A DNA stretch of 64,000 nt. It comes from Scyliorhinus canicula. Lineage: Eukaryota. Every line of letters starts with the position of its first letter. Position 1 is the first letter of the stretch. Under the pieces are notes generated by a model. It ran no database searches. It saw only the letters and a program-made list of their open reading frames with translations, and was not told the origin of the DNA. This document shows, piece after piece, positions 26,648-38,900 of the stretch. Location: positions 12,830,546-12,894,545 of the forward strand of contig NC_052158.1 in assembly GCF_902713615.1 (NCBI RefSeq), given 5' to 3'. A program made the translations under genes and the position numbers.

Positions 26648-27218
26648 TGTCATGAGAATGTACCTTTAAGAAATGTGTGTTTATCAGTGATGTCAGAGTG
26701 TGGGTGGAGCTGGGCTGTCTGTCAGCTTTTTACTTTCGTTTTAGGCTGTTTGCTGCATGGTGTGTTTTAGTTTTGTTTTCAGTGTTGGAGCTGAAGCCAG
26801 GCAAGGCAGGTGTACTGTTGATCTCTCTGCCATGAAAAGACTATCTCTTGATCATTTGGTGAATTCAGAATTGTAAATGATCTCCGTAGTGAATGCAAAC
26901 CTAATGTGCTTCTGTTAAAAGGTGCTTCTTTTGTCTTCTGGATGTTGTTTGGGAAGTTATTAAGGATTACTTAGTGTTGTATTCTTTGGGGGTTGTATTT
27001 GAATTGATGGTTGCTAAGATGTTCACTGTATGTTTTAAAAAAGGTTAACTTGAGTTCGTAGAATAAACATTGTTTTGCTATAAAAAATACTTTTCCATTT
27101 CTGCTGTACCACACCTGTAGAATGGTTCATGTTCTCCCACACCACAATCTATTAAAAGTTATGGGTCAGGTGAACTCCATGATACACTTGGGGGTTCACT
27201 AAACCCTGGCCCATAACA
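26648..27218 (+). mobile_element. Solo LTR (571 bp, Gypsy/ERV-like) inserted in a CR1-like LINE fragment
   Basis: TGTCATG...CATAACA termini, 4-bp TSD CTAG (26644-26647 / 27219-27222), internal AATAAA near 27062. The LINE sequence is continuous across it. Confidence 0.85.
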
Positions 27219-28533
27219 CTAGGAATCTTGGAGCAAATAATTCACCTCCTGACACCCCAAAGCCTATCCACTATCTACAAAGCACAAGTTAAGAGCATGA
27301 TGGAATACTCTCTACTTGCCTGGATGAGTACAGCTCAACACTCAAGAAGCTCGAAGTCATCCAAGATAAAGCAACCCGCTTGATTGCTCCCCCTTTCACC
27401 AACATTCAAACCCTCCACCTCCGACGAAAAGTGGCAGCCTTGTGTACCATCTACAAGATGCACTGCAGGAAGTCGCCAAGATCCCTGAAGCAGCACCTTC
27501 CAAACCCACCGAGGACAAGAGCAGTAGATATCTGGGAACACCATCACCTGGAGTTTCCCCTCCATGTCACTCACCATCCTAACTTGGAAGTATATTGTCA
27601 TTCCTTCACTGTCGCTGGACCAGACGCCTGGAGCTCCCTCTCTAATACCACCTTGGGTGTACCTACACATCAGGGACTGCAACGGTCCAAGAAGGCAGCT
27701 GACGTCCATCTCCTGAAGGGCAGCCAGAGGCGGGCAATAAATGCTGGCCTAACCAGTGATGCCCACATCCCGTAAATGAATAAAAATAAACTTCAAAAGG
27801 ACACAGAAAGGCTGGTGGAATGGGCAGACAAGGGACTGATAAATACAAGAGAAACAATATAAAATAAATGGTATTATTATAAATGGGGGGGGGGGGGTGC
27901 AGGAGCAGAGGGCCTGGGTGTATATGTGCACAAATCATTAACTGTGGCAGGCCATGTTCATAGTGTGGTTAATAAAGCGTACAGATTCCTAGGCTTTATT
28001 AATAGTTACATTGAGTTTAAAAGCAAAGACGTTATGTTAAATCTGTATAAAACACAGGCTCACCCTCACCCGGAGGATTGGGGGCAGTTCTGCACACATT
28101 AGGAAAGATGTGAAGACTTTAGAGAAGGTGCAGAGTTGCAGACATGATTCACAAGCATGGTTCCAGGGATGAGGAACTTCACAGACTGGAGCGGCTGGGA
28201 CTGTTTTCCTTGGGGAATGAAGACAAGGAGATTTGATAGAGGCGTTTTAAATCATGAGGGCTCTGGCCAGAGAAGAAAGTGTGGAAGGACGGAGAACGAG
28301 AGTGCTCAGATTGAAGGTAATTGACAAACGGAACAATGGCAGCATCAGGAAAACTCTTTACGCCTAGCGAGTGGGTGAGATCTGGAATGCACTGACGGAG
28401 AGTGTGGCGGAAGCAGGGTTGACTGAGGCTTTCAAATGGGATCAATTTGCAGGGCCTGGGGAGTAGGCAGGAGGTGAATTACTCCTTCAGGGGCCAGCAC
28501 AAACAGAACGGACCCACGACCACCTAGGACAAG

Positions 28534-28735
28534 ATGTGGAGATGCTGGCGTTGGACTGGGGTGAGCACAGTAGGAAGCCTTACAACACCAGGTTAAAGTC
28601 CAACAGGTTTGTTTCAAACACTAGCTTTCGGAGCACTGCTCCTTCCTCAGGTGAATCTGAGGAAGGAGCAGTGCTCCGAAAGCTAGTGTTTGAAACAAAC
28701 CTGTTGGACTTTAACCGAGTGTTGTAAGACTTCTT
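28534..28735. mobile_element. Penelope-like hairpin element
   Basis: Perfect 60-bp inverted repeat (28591-28650 / 28657-28716) with 6-nt loop; 12-bp TSD ACCTAGGACAAG (28522-28533 / 28736-28747). Confidence 0.75.
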
Positions 28736-29079
28736 ACCTAGGACAAGGGCCGCAGGTACCTGGAAACACCACCGTCTGGAGGTACCCCATCAAGCCACAC
28801 ACCATCCTGACTTGGAAATATATCGGCCGTTCCTTCACTGTCGGTGAGTTAAAATCCTTGAACTCCCTTCCTATAACAGCAATATGGGTGTACCTACACC
28901 ACAGGAACTGTAGCGGTTCAAAAAGGCAGCTCACCACCAGCTTCTGAATGGCAACAAGGGACAGCACCAAATGCTGGTATAGACTGCGCCACCCACATCC
29001 CTTAAGTGAATTTAAAAAAAGAATGGATTGTAAGATTTCCTCCCCTGAGGCGACATTAGTGAATCAGTTGAGGTTGATG

Positions 29080-30265
29080 GGGCGGCAGGGTAGCACAGTG
29101 GTTAGAACTGTTGCTTCACAGCGGCAGAGACCCTGGTTCGATTTCCGCTGAGGTCACTGTCTGCGTGGAGTCTGCACACTCTCCCCGTGTCTGCGTGGGT
29201 TTCCTCCCACAAGTCCCGAAAGACGTGCTGTTAGGTATTTTGGACATTCTGAATTCTCCCTCTGTGTACCCGAACAGGCGCCGGAATGTGGCGACTAGGG
29301 GCTTTTCACAGTAACTTCATTGCCCTGTTAATGTAAGCTTACTTGTGACACTAATAAAGATTATTATTATTTTAACAAGAGATTCACATTCACTTTGAAT
29401 GACAACTTTGGGTTTTAATCGTTTAATTTTTATAAATCAATTAAATTGAAGTTGAATTCTGAAGCTGACACGCTAACATTGGAATTCCCGCTCTCTGGAT
29501 GGTTCATCCAATGACAAAACCTAAAACACCTCGGGTTAAAGAGGAAAGAAAATGGAGGGAGTGGGTATTAAACCTCTGGAACTGCAGTAAAAAAAATTGA
29601 AATTGGGGATGACATAAATACTGGTCAAGGATTACCACAATTAACAACATGTAATTTAACAACAATAATCGATTTAACGGCCAATCATTGATGAATGGAG
29701 CACACGGATGAATCTACACCCACAAGTACCTCCCATTGAAACAGGCACCTGAAGGAGCTGGAAAATGTTCTGACAGCGTCAAATGCCAACGGGGCCATAG
29801 TGGCTGGCACTGCTGCCTCAGGGTATGGAGGGTGAGGACCAGCTTTGAGCCCAAAAATTCAGGCTAACCCTCCCAACTGCAGTACTGAGGGAGCGCCGCA
29901 CTGTCTGAGCTGCCTTCTTTCGAACTGGGGGGGATCTCCCTCGCTCAGTGGACTACAGAGCAGAAAGAGGCCATTCGGCCCATTGAGTCTGCACCATCCC
30001 TCTGAAAGAGCGCCTGTCTAGACACCCACCCCACCCTATCCCTGTAACCCAGTAACCCCACCTATCCTTTTGGACACTTGGGGGCAATTTATAGTGGCCA
30101 ATCCTATACATCTTTGGGCTGTGGGAGGAAACCGGAGCACCCGGAGGAAACCCACGCAGACACGGGGAGAACGTACAAACTCCACACAGACAGTCAGTCG
30201 AGGCCGGAATTGAACCCGGGCTCCTGCAGCTGCGAAGCAGCAGTGCTAACCAATGTTCCACCGAG
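29080..30265. mobile_element. tRNA-derived SINEs (29080-29372 plus; 29953-30265 minus)
   Basis: SINE heads, cores and tails as in other copies. Confidence 0.8.
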
Positions 30266-30714
30266 CCACTTTTGGATCAAATGTAGAACTGGAGCCCTCC
30301 AGTTTGCCTTCTCAGTTTGACTGTTCAGAAGAGGAGTGAGGGTGTAAACCCCCCCCCCCCCCACCCACCCCCCAACCCCACTGTGTATGGACCGAAGTAC
30401 AGAACCCTCCGTCAACTTCACTGAAAAAAATCAGCGCATCATCTGGACATTGTCACTTTGCAGCATTTCTCTCATCATATCAGTCACTTCTTTTACGAAG
30501 AGATTATTCAATGCTTTTTTTTAAAGAAAGAATTATTTGATTGGCTGTGAAGCTCTTTGGGATGTCCTGAGGTTGTGAAAGGAGAAATAAAAATGAAAGT
30601 TTCTCGGTCTCTCTTTATAAACTTCTGCTTTCTCCACATAGAAAAAAAACTCATGGCCCCTTTCTGGAAGAGGAACTGTTCGAGAGAAGCCGACAGAGAA
30701 GCCTACTGATCCCG

Positions 30715-32560
30715 GTGACCACAGAACGAGGGAGATCCCCCAGCACCAGTCCACAGAGCGAGGGAGACCCCCCAGCACCAGTCTGCGGAGCGAGGGGGAC
30801 ACCCCACACCAGTCCACAGAGCGAGGGAGACCCCCTCCAGCACCAGTCCACAGAGCGAGGGAGACCCCCAGCACCAGTCCACTGAGCGAGGGAGACCCCC
30901 AGCACCAGTCCACAGAGCGAGGGAGACCCCCTCCCGCACCAGTCCACAGAGCGAGGGAGACCCCCCAGAACCAGTCCACAGAGCGAGGGAGATCCCCCCC
31001 GCACCAGTCCACTGAGCGAGGGAGACCCCCCCAGCACCAGTCCACAGAGCGAGAGAGACTCCCCTTCCCGCACCAGTCCACTGAGCGAGGGACACCCCCA
31101 GCACCAGTCCACAGAGTGAGGAAGACCCCCCCCCCACAGAGCGAGGGAGACCCCCCAGCACGTCCACAGAGCGAGAGAGACCCCCCTTCCCGCACCAGTC
31201 CACAGAGCGAGGGAGACCCCCCAGCACCAGTCCACAGAGCGAGAGAGACTCCCCTTCCCGCACCAGTCCACAGAGCGAGGGAGACCCCCAGCACCAGTCC
31301 ACAGAGCGAGGGAGACCCCCCCCAGCACCAGTCCACAGAGTGAGGGAGACCCCCCAGCACCAGTCCACAGAGCGAGAGAGACCCCCCCCCCGCACCCGTC
31401 CACAGAGCGAGGGAGACCCCCCAGAACCAGTCCACAGAGCGAGGGAGACCCCCCCAGCACCAGTCCACAGAGCGAGAGACTCCCCTTCCCGCACCAGTCC
31501 ACTGAGCGAGGGACACCCCCAGCACCAGTCCACAGAGCGAGGGAGATCCCCCCAGCACCAGTCCACAGAGCGAGAGACTCCCCTTCCCGCACCAGTCCAC
31601 TGAGCGAGGGACACCCCCAGCACCAGTCCACAGAGTGAGGAAGACCCCCCCCCCACAGAGCGAGGGAGACCCCCCTCCCCGCACCAGTCCACAGAGCGAG
31701 AGAGACCCCCCTTCCCGCACCAGTCCACAGAGCGAGAGAGACCCCCCTTCCCGCACCAGTCCACAGAGCGAGGGAGACCCCCAGCACCAGTCCACAGAGC
31801 GAGGGAGACCCCCCCAGCACCAGTCCACAGAGCGAGAGAGACCGCCCCCCCCGCACCCGTCCACAGAGCGAGGGAGACCCCCCAGAACCAGTCTACAGAG
31901 CGAGGGAGACCCCCCACCACAAGTCCACAGAGCGAGGGAGACCCCCAGCACGTCCACAGAAGGAGGGAGACCCCCCAAACCAGTCCACAGAGCGTGGGAG
32001 ACCCCCTCCCGCACCAGTCCACAGAGAGGGAGACCCCCCCAGCACCAGTCCACAGAGAGAGGGAGACCCCCCAGCACCAGTCCACTGAGCGAGGGAGACC
32101 CCCCAAACCAGTCCACAGAGCGAGGGAGACCCCCCCAAACCAGTCCACAGAGCGAGGGAGACCCCCAGCCCAGTCCACAGAGCGAGGGAGACCCCCAGCA
32201 CCAGTCCACAGAGCGAGGGAGACCCCCAGCCCAGTCCACAAAGCGAGGGTGACCCCCCAGCACCAGTCCACAGAGCGAGGGAGACCCCCAGCACGTCCAC
32301 AGAGCGAAGGAGACCCCCCAGCACCAGTCCACTGAGCGAGGGAGACCCCCAGCACCAGTCTGCGGAGCGAGGGAGACCCCCCAAACTAGTCCACAGAGCG
32401 AGGGAGACCCCCCCACAGAGCGATGGAGACCCCCCCCACACCAGTCTGCGGAGCGAGAGAAATGTTGGTGAGATTGTAACAGAGCGATGGAGACCCCACC
32501 GCCAGACTTCAGAGCGAGGGAGACCCCAGTGGGTCTCCACAGAGCGAGGGAGACCTCTAC
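30715..32560. repeat. ~31-34-bp GC-rich minisatellite directly downstream of the ZBTB12-like copy 2 stop codon
   Basis: Unit CCAGTCCACAGAGCGAGGGAGACCCCC(C)AGCA, more than 50 copies. Confidence 0.95.
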
Positions 32561-32566
32561 AAGAGC

Positions 32567-33691
32567 TCAGTGTCCGAGCTCGGCTAACTTGCAGTTATCA
32601 GCTGTGGTCTTGCCGTGTTGCTCTTTGAGGTGCCTGCGGAGAGCAGGCTTGTGGGCGAAGCTCATGTTGCAGTAGTGGCAGTGGTGAGGCCTGGCGCCGC
32701 TGTGCAGGTTCATGTGATCCTTCAGCGACCGGTTCTGGGTGAATGTCTTGCCGCAGACGGTGCAGAGGTAAGGCTTGATACCCGTATGCACATGGATATG
32801 CCTGGCCAGGTTGACCCGCTGGCTGAACACCTTGCCACACCTGGGGCACATGAAGAGCTTGTGGGCCTTCATGTGGGCCACTAGGTGCTCTGGGTGCTGG
32901 AAGGCCTGTGCGCACTCGCTGCAGTGAATGGGCTGGGGGCAGGGGGCAGCCGGGTTCACCCGGGTGCTGGGGGGTGTCCGGGGCCTGATGGGAAAGGCAG
33001 CCCTGCACTCCTCACTGGCTGAGCTGTCCTCATCCTCGGGGTAGGCACCGCTGATCAGCATACAGCCCTCCTCCTCGTCTGTCGCCTCGGAGAGATCGGG
33101 GTAGGCTGGTTGCTGGCTTCCAGAAGGTTCTGCCGCTGGGCTGTCGGTATCGATGATTACATAAACATCGTCGGCCTCTTCGTTGTCCTCGGACTCCGAC
33201 TTGACCTCGGCCTCCCGCTGGGCCCGTGCCTGAATTTGGGCCTGGGACTGGATTTGGGCCTGGGTGCGAACCTCTGGCCCGCCGCCGTCCTCCTTGATCT
33301 TGATGCGGGGGTCAATGTATCTTGACAGTGCCCGCCTGCACTCCTCCACCACGTGGTCCATCTGCAGGTAGCTGGCTGTTGTCAGATAGTTCACCACCTC
33401 CTTGAAGGGGAAGTGCAGCACCCCCGTGTAGCACGAGAGCAGTAGGCGGGACATCATCTCCGCGCTCTCACTCAGTGCCACCTGCACCTCCTTGGACGGG
33501 TTGAGGAGGAACTGGTCACGCAGGAAGGGCGAGCAGGCCGCCAGCACCACCCGGTGCCCGGAGAACCGCACCTGCTCCGTCACGATGGTCACGTCGCAGA
33601 AACGCCTCTCCATCCGCAGCTGGTTCATCTTCTTCAGAGTCGTTGACTCATGATGAAGAAACTGGAACTGAAGAACCTCTCCCGATGCCAT
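32567..33691 (-). CDS. ZBTB12: ZBTB12-like BTB/POZ zinc-finger protein, copy 2 (374 aa, single coding exon)
   Basis: MASGEVLQFQF...RFCDVTIV...[17 protein letters not shown]...LLLSCYTG...YIDPRIKIKED and fingers ending SGARPHHCHYCNMSFAHKPALRRHLKEQHGKTTADN closely match recalled ZBTB12. Acceptor AG at 33704-33703, 11 nt before ATG. Confidence 0.92.
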   Translation of the reverse strand: MASGEVLQFQFLHHESTTLKKMNQLRMERRFCDVTIVTEQVRFSGHRVVLAACSPFLRDQFLLNPSKEVQVALSESAEMMSRLLLSCYTGVLHFPFKEVVNYLTTASYLQMDHVVEECRRALSRYIDPRIKIKEDGGGPEVRTQAQIQSQAQIQARAQREAEVKSESEDNEEADDVYVIIDTDSPAAEPSGSQQPAYPDLSEATDEEEGCMLISGAYPEDEDSSASEECRAAFPIRPRTPPSTRVNPAAPCPQPIHCSECAQAFQHPEHLVAHMKAHKLFMCPRCGKVFSQRVNLARHIHVHTGIKPYLCTVCGKTFTQNRSLKDHMNLHSGARPHHCHYCNMSFAHKPALRRHLKEQHGKTTADNCKLAELGH

Positions 33692-34069
33692 TGCTTTTCA
33701 AACTGTTTCAAATCAAGAAACAAAAAAAGTCTGTTAAGCTACTGCTGATAATTATACCGCACTGGATAAACACAGAGAGAGGCCATTCGGCCCAACTAGT
33801 CTGTACTGGTGTTTATGTTCCACCTGTGTCAAAATGTATTTAAATCTATCATCGGTAATCCTCTTTTCTCTTCTCCCTCACATACCTGTCGAGCCTCTGC
33901 TTAAATACATCGACGCTATTCACTTCAACCACTCCCTGTGGTTGAACATCCCCACCTCTCTTTGTTGACGAAATTTCTTCTGAATGCCCGACTGAATTTT
34001 CTTGTAAATTCTATGATTTATGCGAGGGATATTGGTGTCGCTGGCCAGGCCAGTATTCCTTTTTAAAAA

Positions 34070-34630
34070 TAAGTTTAGAAGACCCACATCTTTTTTTTTT
34101 CCCAATTAGGGGGGAATTTGGAGTGGTCGCTCCACCTACCTTGCACATCTTTGGGTTAGAACATAGAACAGTACAGCACAGAACAGGCCCTTCGGCCCTC
34201 GATGTTGTGCCGAGCAATGTTCACCCTACTCAAACCCACGTATCCACCCTATACCCGTAACACAACAACCCCCCCCTTAACCTTACTTTGTTTTAGGAAA
34301 CTACGGGCAATTTAGCATGGCCAATCCACCTAACCCGCACATCTTTGGACTGTGGGAGGAAACCGGAGCACCCGGAGGAAACCCACGCACACACGGGGAG
34401 GACGTGCAGACTCCGCACAGACAGTGACCCAGCCGGGAATCGAACCTGGGACCCTGGAGCTGTGAAGCATTTATGCTAACCACCATGCTACCGTGCTGCC
34501 CCACTGTGGGGTGAGACCCACACAGACACGGGGAGAAGGTGCAAACTCCACACACACAGTCACCCAGGGCCAGGATTGAACCCGGGTCCTTGGCACCGTG
34601 AGGTGGCAGTGCTAACTGCCCCGCCGCCGA
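34070..34630 (-). mobile_element. SINE containing a nested younger SINE (34158-34500)
   Basis: The short-family SINE is split at CTTTGGGT|TGTGGG by a complete HE1-like copy. Confidence 0.8.
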
Positions 34631-35158
34631 CACTGCAAATTCCTAATTGCCCTTGAGAAGGTGGTGTTGGTGATCTGCCTTCTTGAACCGCTGAAGTCAC
34701 TTGTGGTGTAGGTGCACCCACAGTGATGTTATGGAGGGAGGTCCAGGATTTTGTCCCAGCAACAGTGAAGGAGCGGACGATTCTACCAAATCTCCCCCGA
34801 GCCCTCTCTGTTCTAAGAAAACTACCTCAGCTTCTCCAGTCTCTCCACATGCCTGAAGGAAGCCCCTCGTTTCAGTACTATTTAATCCAAGCCCTGAAAT
34901 TGAATGGCTCTGCCTCTTGCCAACAACATCTGGATCCACGATGCAAGGCTTGAATCTTGTCCAAAGATGTTTGGTGAATTGGTCATGCTAATATTGCCCA
35001 AAGGTTAGGTGAGGTTACAGGGATAGGAGTGGGTGATTGGGCCTAGGTAGGGTGCGCTATTGGAGTAAGGATCGGTGCGGACTTGATGGGCAGAATGGCC
35101 TCCTTCTGCACTGTAGGGATTCAATGATAATCCTTTTGGTCATTTGTTAGGACAACTT

Positions 35159-35917
35159 AAGTATTGCTGAAGAAAAAAAGAGACATGCAATCAAAGCTTT
35201 TTATCTTGGACTCATCAGGCTAGCTCGTAGTAAATTACCAACACTAACGAAGGAACAACAATTTATACAGCATGAAAAGAGAGTGTTGATCGGTTTTGGC
35301 AAGTAGACTCTGATTGGTGGAGGCATTGCCATGGAGAATGCAGCGGGGAACAGTTAACTGTCCACCTTTGTTCAAATTCAAACCGGGCAGGTCGACACTG
35401 AATAGTCAAGACATTAGTCTGTGGAATGAACCAGGGAATGTCTGTTTTCTAAGCTTTTGTTGAGTTGAAAAAGGTGCAATGTGTGGAAATGTTCCTTCTC
35501 ACTGCATGGACAGGGTCCTGTGTGTGAAAAGATGCTGCTTCTAGCTCACGTAAAGGAGTCATACTGTGAGCCCGACTGGTAATCTTAAATTGGTTTTCAG
35601 TACAATTCTTAGCACAATCAGGATTGTTTGGTGAGTGATTCTCACTCACGGAATCCCAACTATTGTTGGACACTATATTTTGAGTTTTGCAAGCACGGAC
35701 TGTGAGGTACGGTCACTTCTTTGCCTGTTGGCAAACAGTTGAAGGGGCTGCTGTTTGATATTCAATCAAAGTCAACTTGCCAGCCAATCAGCATGCCTTT
35801 TCTTCTGTGGTATAAATTACTGTGGCAGTTTGAAATTTGGCATTTTTGCATTTGACCTGATGAGTGCAAAACTCAAAGCTTCAGCAACACGTCTCTCTTT
35901 TCAGCAATATTCAAGTT
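35159..35917. mobile_element. Penelope-like element with inverted terminal arms
   Basis: 35159-35330 is an imperfect reverse complement of 35750-35917. Both arms carry CTGATGAG...AAAGCTT hammerhead-like remnants. Confidence 0.55.
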
Positions 35918-35919
35918 CT

Positions 35920-38900
35920 GGCCGAGACTGGAAGCAAAATAGCAAAAGGTAATTCAATAGTTAGGGAAGTAAACAGTCATTTCTGCAGCCGCAGATATGA
36001 AACCGGAAGTGGGGTGTTGCCTCCCTGGTGCCAGGGTCAAGGATGTCACTGAGGGCCTGCTGAGGGGGGAAAGGGTGAACAGCCGGCCTCCGTGGTCCAC
36101 ATCGGGACCAACAAAATAAGCAGAAAGAGGGATGCGGTCCTACGGTCGGAATCTAGGGAGCTAGGTAGGAAATGAACAAGCAGGATTTCAAAAGTAGCAA
36201 TCTCTGGATCACTCCCAGTGCCGATAGGAGGATAAAACAGATGAATACGTGGCTGGAAAAAGAGTCCAGGATGGAGGACTTTAGATTCTTAGGACATTAG
36301 GATCATGCCTTGAGGAGATGGAACCTGTGCAGCCTGAACAGTTTGCTCCTAAATAGAGCTGGGTCTGAGTTCCTTGTGAGCCAGTTTTCTAGTCCTATTG
36401 CAGAGGGTTTAAACTAACTTGGAAAGTATGTGAATGTGGATGTGGGTGTGGATGTACACAAAGGGGCTTTTCATAGTAACTTCATTGAAGCCTACTCGTG
36501 ACAATAAGCGATTTTCATTTCATTTTTTCATTTCATGTAATATTAGAGAAGTGGACTAAGGTGCACAGAATGCTGGGAGAGATGGAAAGCACTAAGCAGG
36601 AAATGTTAGCAATTAGATGAGTTCAGAGTAAGAGAAAAGGTAATAATATTGAAATCAGGGTTACTTTGAATTATATGTGCATGCACAGAGTGTGATACAT
36701 AAGGTTGGTGAGTTACAGGTTGCCATGTGGAACATATGATGTTGTGGCGATAACAGAGACCTGGCACTTGGAAGGGCAGGACAGAGTGTAAAATATTTTG
36801 GGTACAAGGTATTCAGGAAAGACAGGAAAGGAAGAAAAGGGAGAAGACTTCCAATATTGATTAAATATAGCATTGCAGTGATGGAGAGGGAGGGTATGCC
36901 AGAGGAGTCAAGGACAGAATCTGTTTGGCTAGATCTAAGAAACAAAACAGGTTCAAAGACATTGTTCGGTGCTGCTTTTACGCCACCACTCATTCGTTTT
37001 TAGTGGCGTATAGACTTATTGTTGACCTATAGATTTAGACTTTTTAAAATCACCTCAGGACCAGGAACCCTGGAGTGGCAGAAAATCATTCTGGAACCCA
37101 ACGGAGGGCCGAAGAAAAAGACACCAAATTGTGGGAAAGATGTAGAGGAGTAAATTGGCAAGGCTACAGAAGTATAAGAATAACGGAGCACAAGCAAGAG
37201 TGAGACTTGGGCAGCACGGTGGCACAGTGGGTTAGCACTGCAGTCTCACGGCGCCGAGGTCCCAGGTTCAATCCCGGCACTGGGTCACTGTCCGTGTGGA
37301 GTTTGCACATTCTCCCCGTGTTTGCGTGGGTTTCGCCCCCACAACCCAAGGGTAGATGGATTGGCCACACTAAATTGCCCCTTAATTTGGAAAAAATGAA
37401 TTGGGTACTTTAGATTTATATTAAAAAAAGAAAGAGCGAGACTGAGAGCGGAGCTGGGAGGAAAAAAGAGTGCGAGAAAGAGCGAGACTGAGAGCGGAGC
37501 CAGGAGATAAAGGAGTGTGAGAAAGAGCGAGATTGAGAGCGGAGCCAGGAGATAAAGGAGTGTGCAAAAGAGTGAGATTGAGAGCGGAGCCAGGAGATAA
37601 AGGAGTGTGCGAAAGAGAGACGGAGAGCGGAGCCTGGCGATAAAAGTGCGAGAAAGAGTGAGACTGAGAGCGGAAGCAGGAGATAAAATAGTGCGAGAAG
37701 AGGGGCAGTGTATTGAGATGGATAGAAAATTGGTTGGCAGACAGGAAACAAAGTGTAGGAATAAGAGGTCTTTTTCCAAATGGCGGGCAGTGATTCATGG
37801 GGTACCGTAAGGATCAGTGCTAGGACCACAGCTATTCACAATATATATTAGTGACTTAGATGAGGGAATCAAAATTTTATACCTCCAAATTTGCAGATTA
37901 CACAAAGCAGGATGGGAGGGTGAGCTGTGAGAAGGATACAGAGATCCTTCAGTGTGATTTGGACAAGTGAGTGGGCAAATGCATGGCAGATGTAGTATGT
38001 GAGTTTATCCACTTTGGTAGCAAAAATAGGAAGACCAGAAGGAGTGCAGTGAAGGTGGGACTGACATATGAAGAGAGTTGAGTCGGTTCAGATTATATTC
38101 ACTGGAGTTCAGAAGATAGAAGGGGATCTCATAGAAACCTATAAAATTATAACAGGACTAGACAGGGTGGATGCAAGAAGGATGTTTCCAATGGCGGGGA
38201 GTCCAAAATCAGGGGTCACAGTCTCAAGATACTGGGTAAATCATTTACATGGGAACAGGATTATACCATTCAGCCCCTCGAGCCTGTACTGCCATTTAAT
38301 GAGATCATGGCTGATTTGTGGCCTAACTTCATATTTGGCCCATATTCCTTAATATCTTTGATTCACAAAAATAGCTCAGATTTAAAATTAACCACTGTTT
38401 TAGCTTCAACTGTTGTTTGTACTCCCCTTTGAGTGAAGAAGTCCTTCTGAACATCTCTCTTGAATGGTGTAGCCCTAATTTTTCAACTATGCCCTCAAGG
38501 TTTAGAACCTCCAACCAGCGGAAATAGGTTATTTTTATTATCTACCCTGTCAATATCTTCAATCAGATAACCCTTTAACCTTCTAAATTCCAGCAAAAAC
38601 AAGCCTAATTTGTGTTATCTCACCTCGTAATTTAACCCCTCTAGTTCAGGTATAATTTTAGTAAACCAACGTTGCACTCCCTCCGAGGCCAATATATCCT
38701 TCCGAAGACGTGGTGCCCAGAACTGCTCACAGCACTCCCAAGTGGGGTCTAATCAAGGTTTTATATAACTGCAGCATAACCTTTGTGTCAATATATTCAA
38801 TCCTCTAGATGTAAAAGCTTGCATTCCATTAGCTATTTTGATTATTTTCTGCACTTGTTCGCGGCACTTTAAGGATCTATGCACCTGAACCCCAAGTCTG

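Noticed and set aside
30533-32540. Long ORFs (627, 550, 401 aa)
   Set aside because: Stop-free translations of a minisatellite in several frames; no domain.
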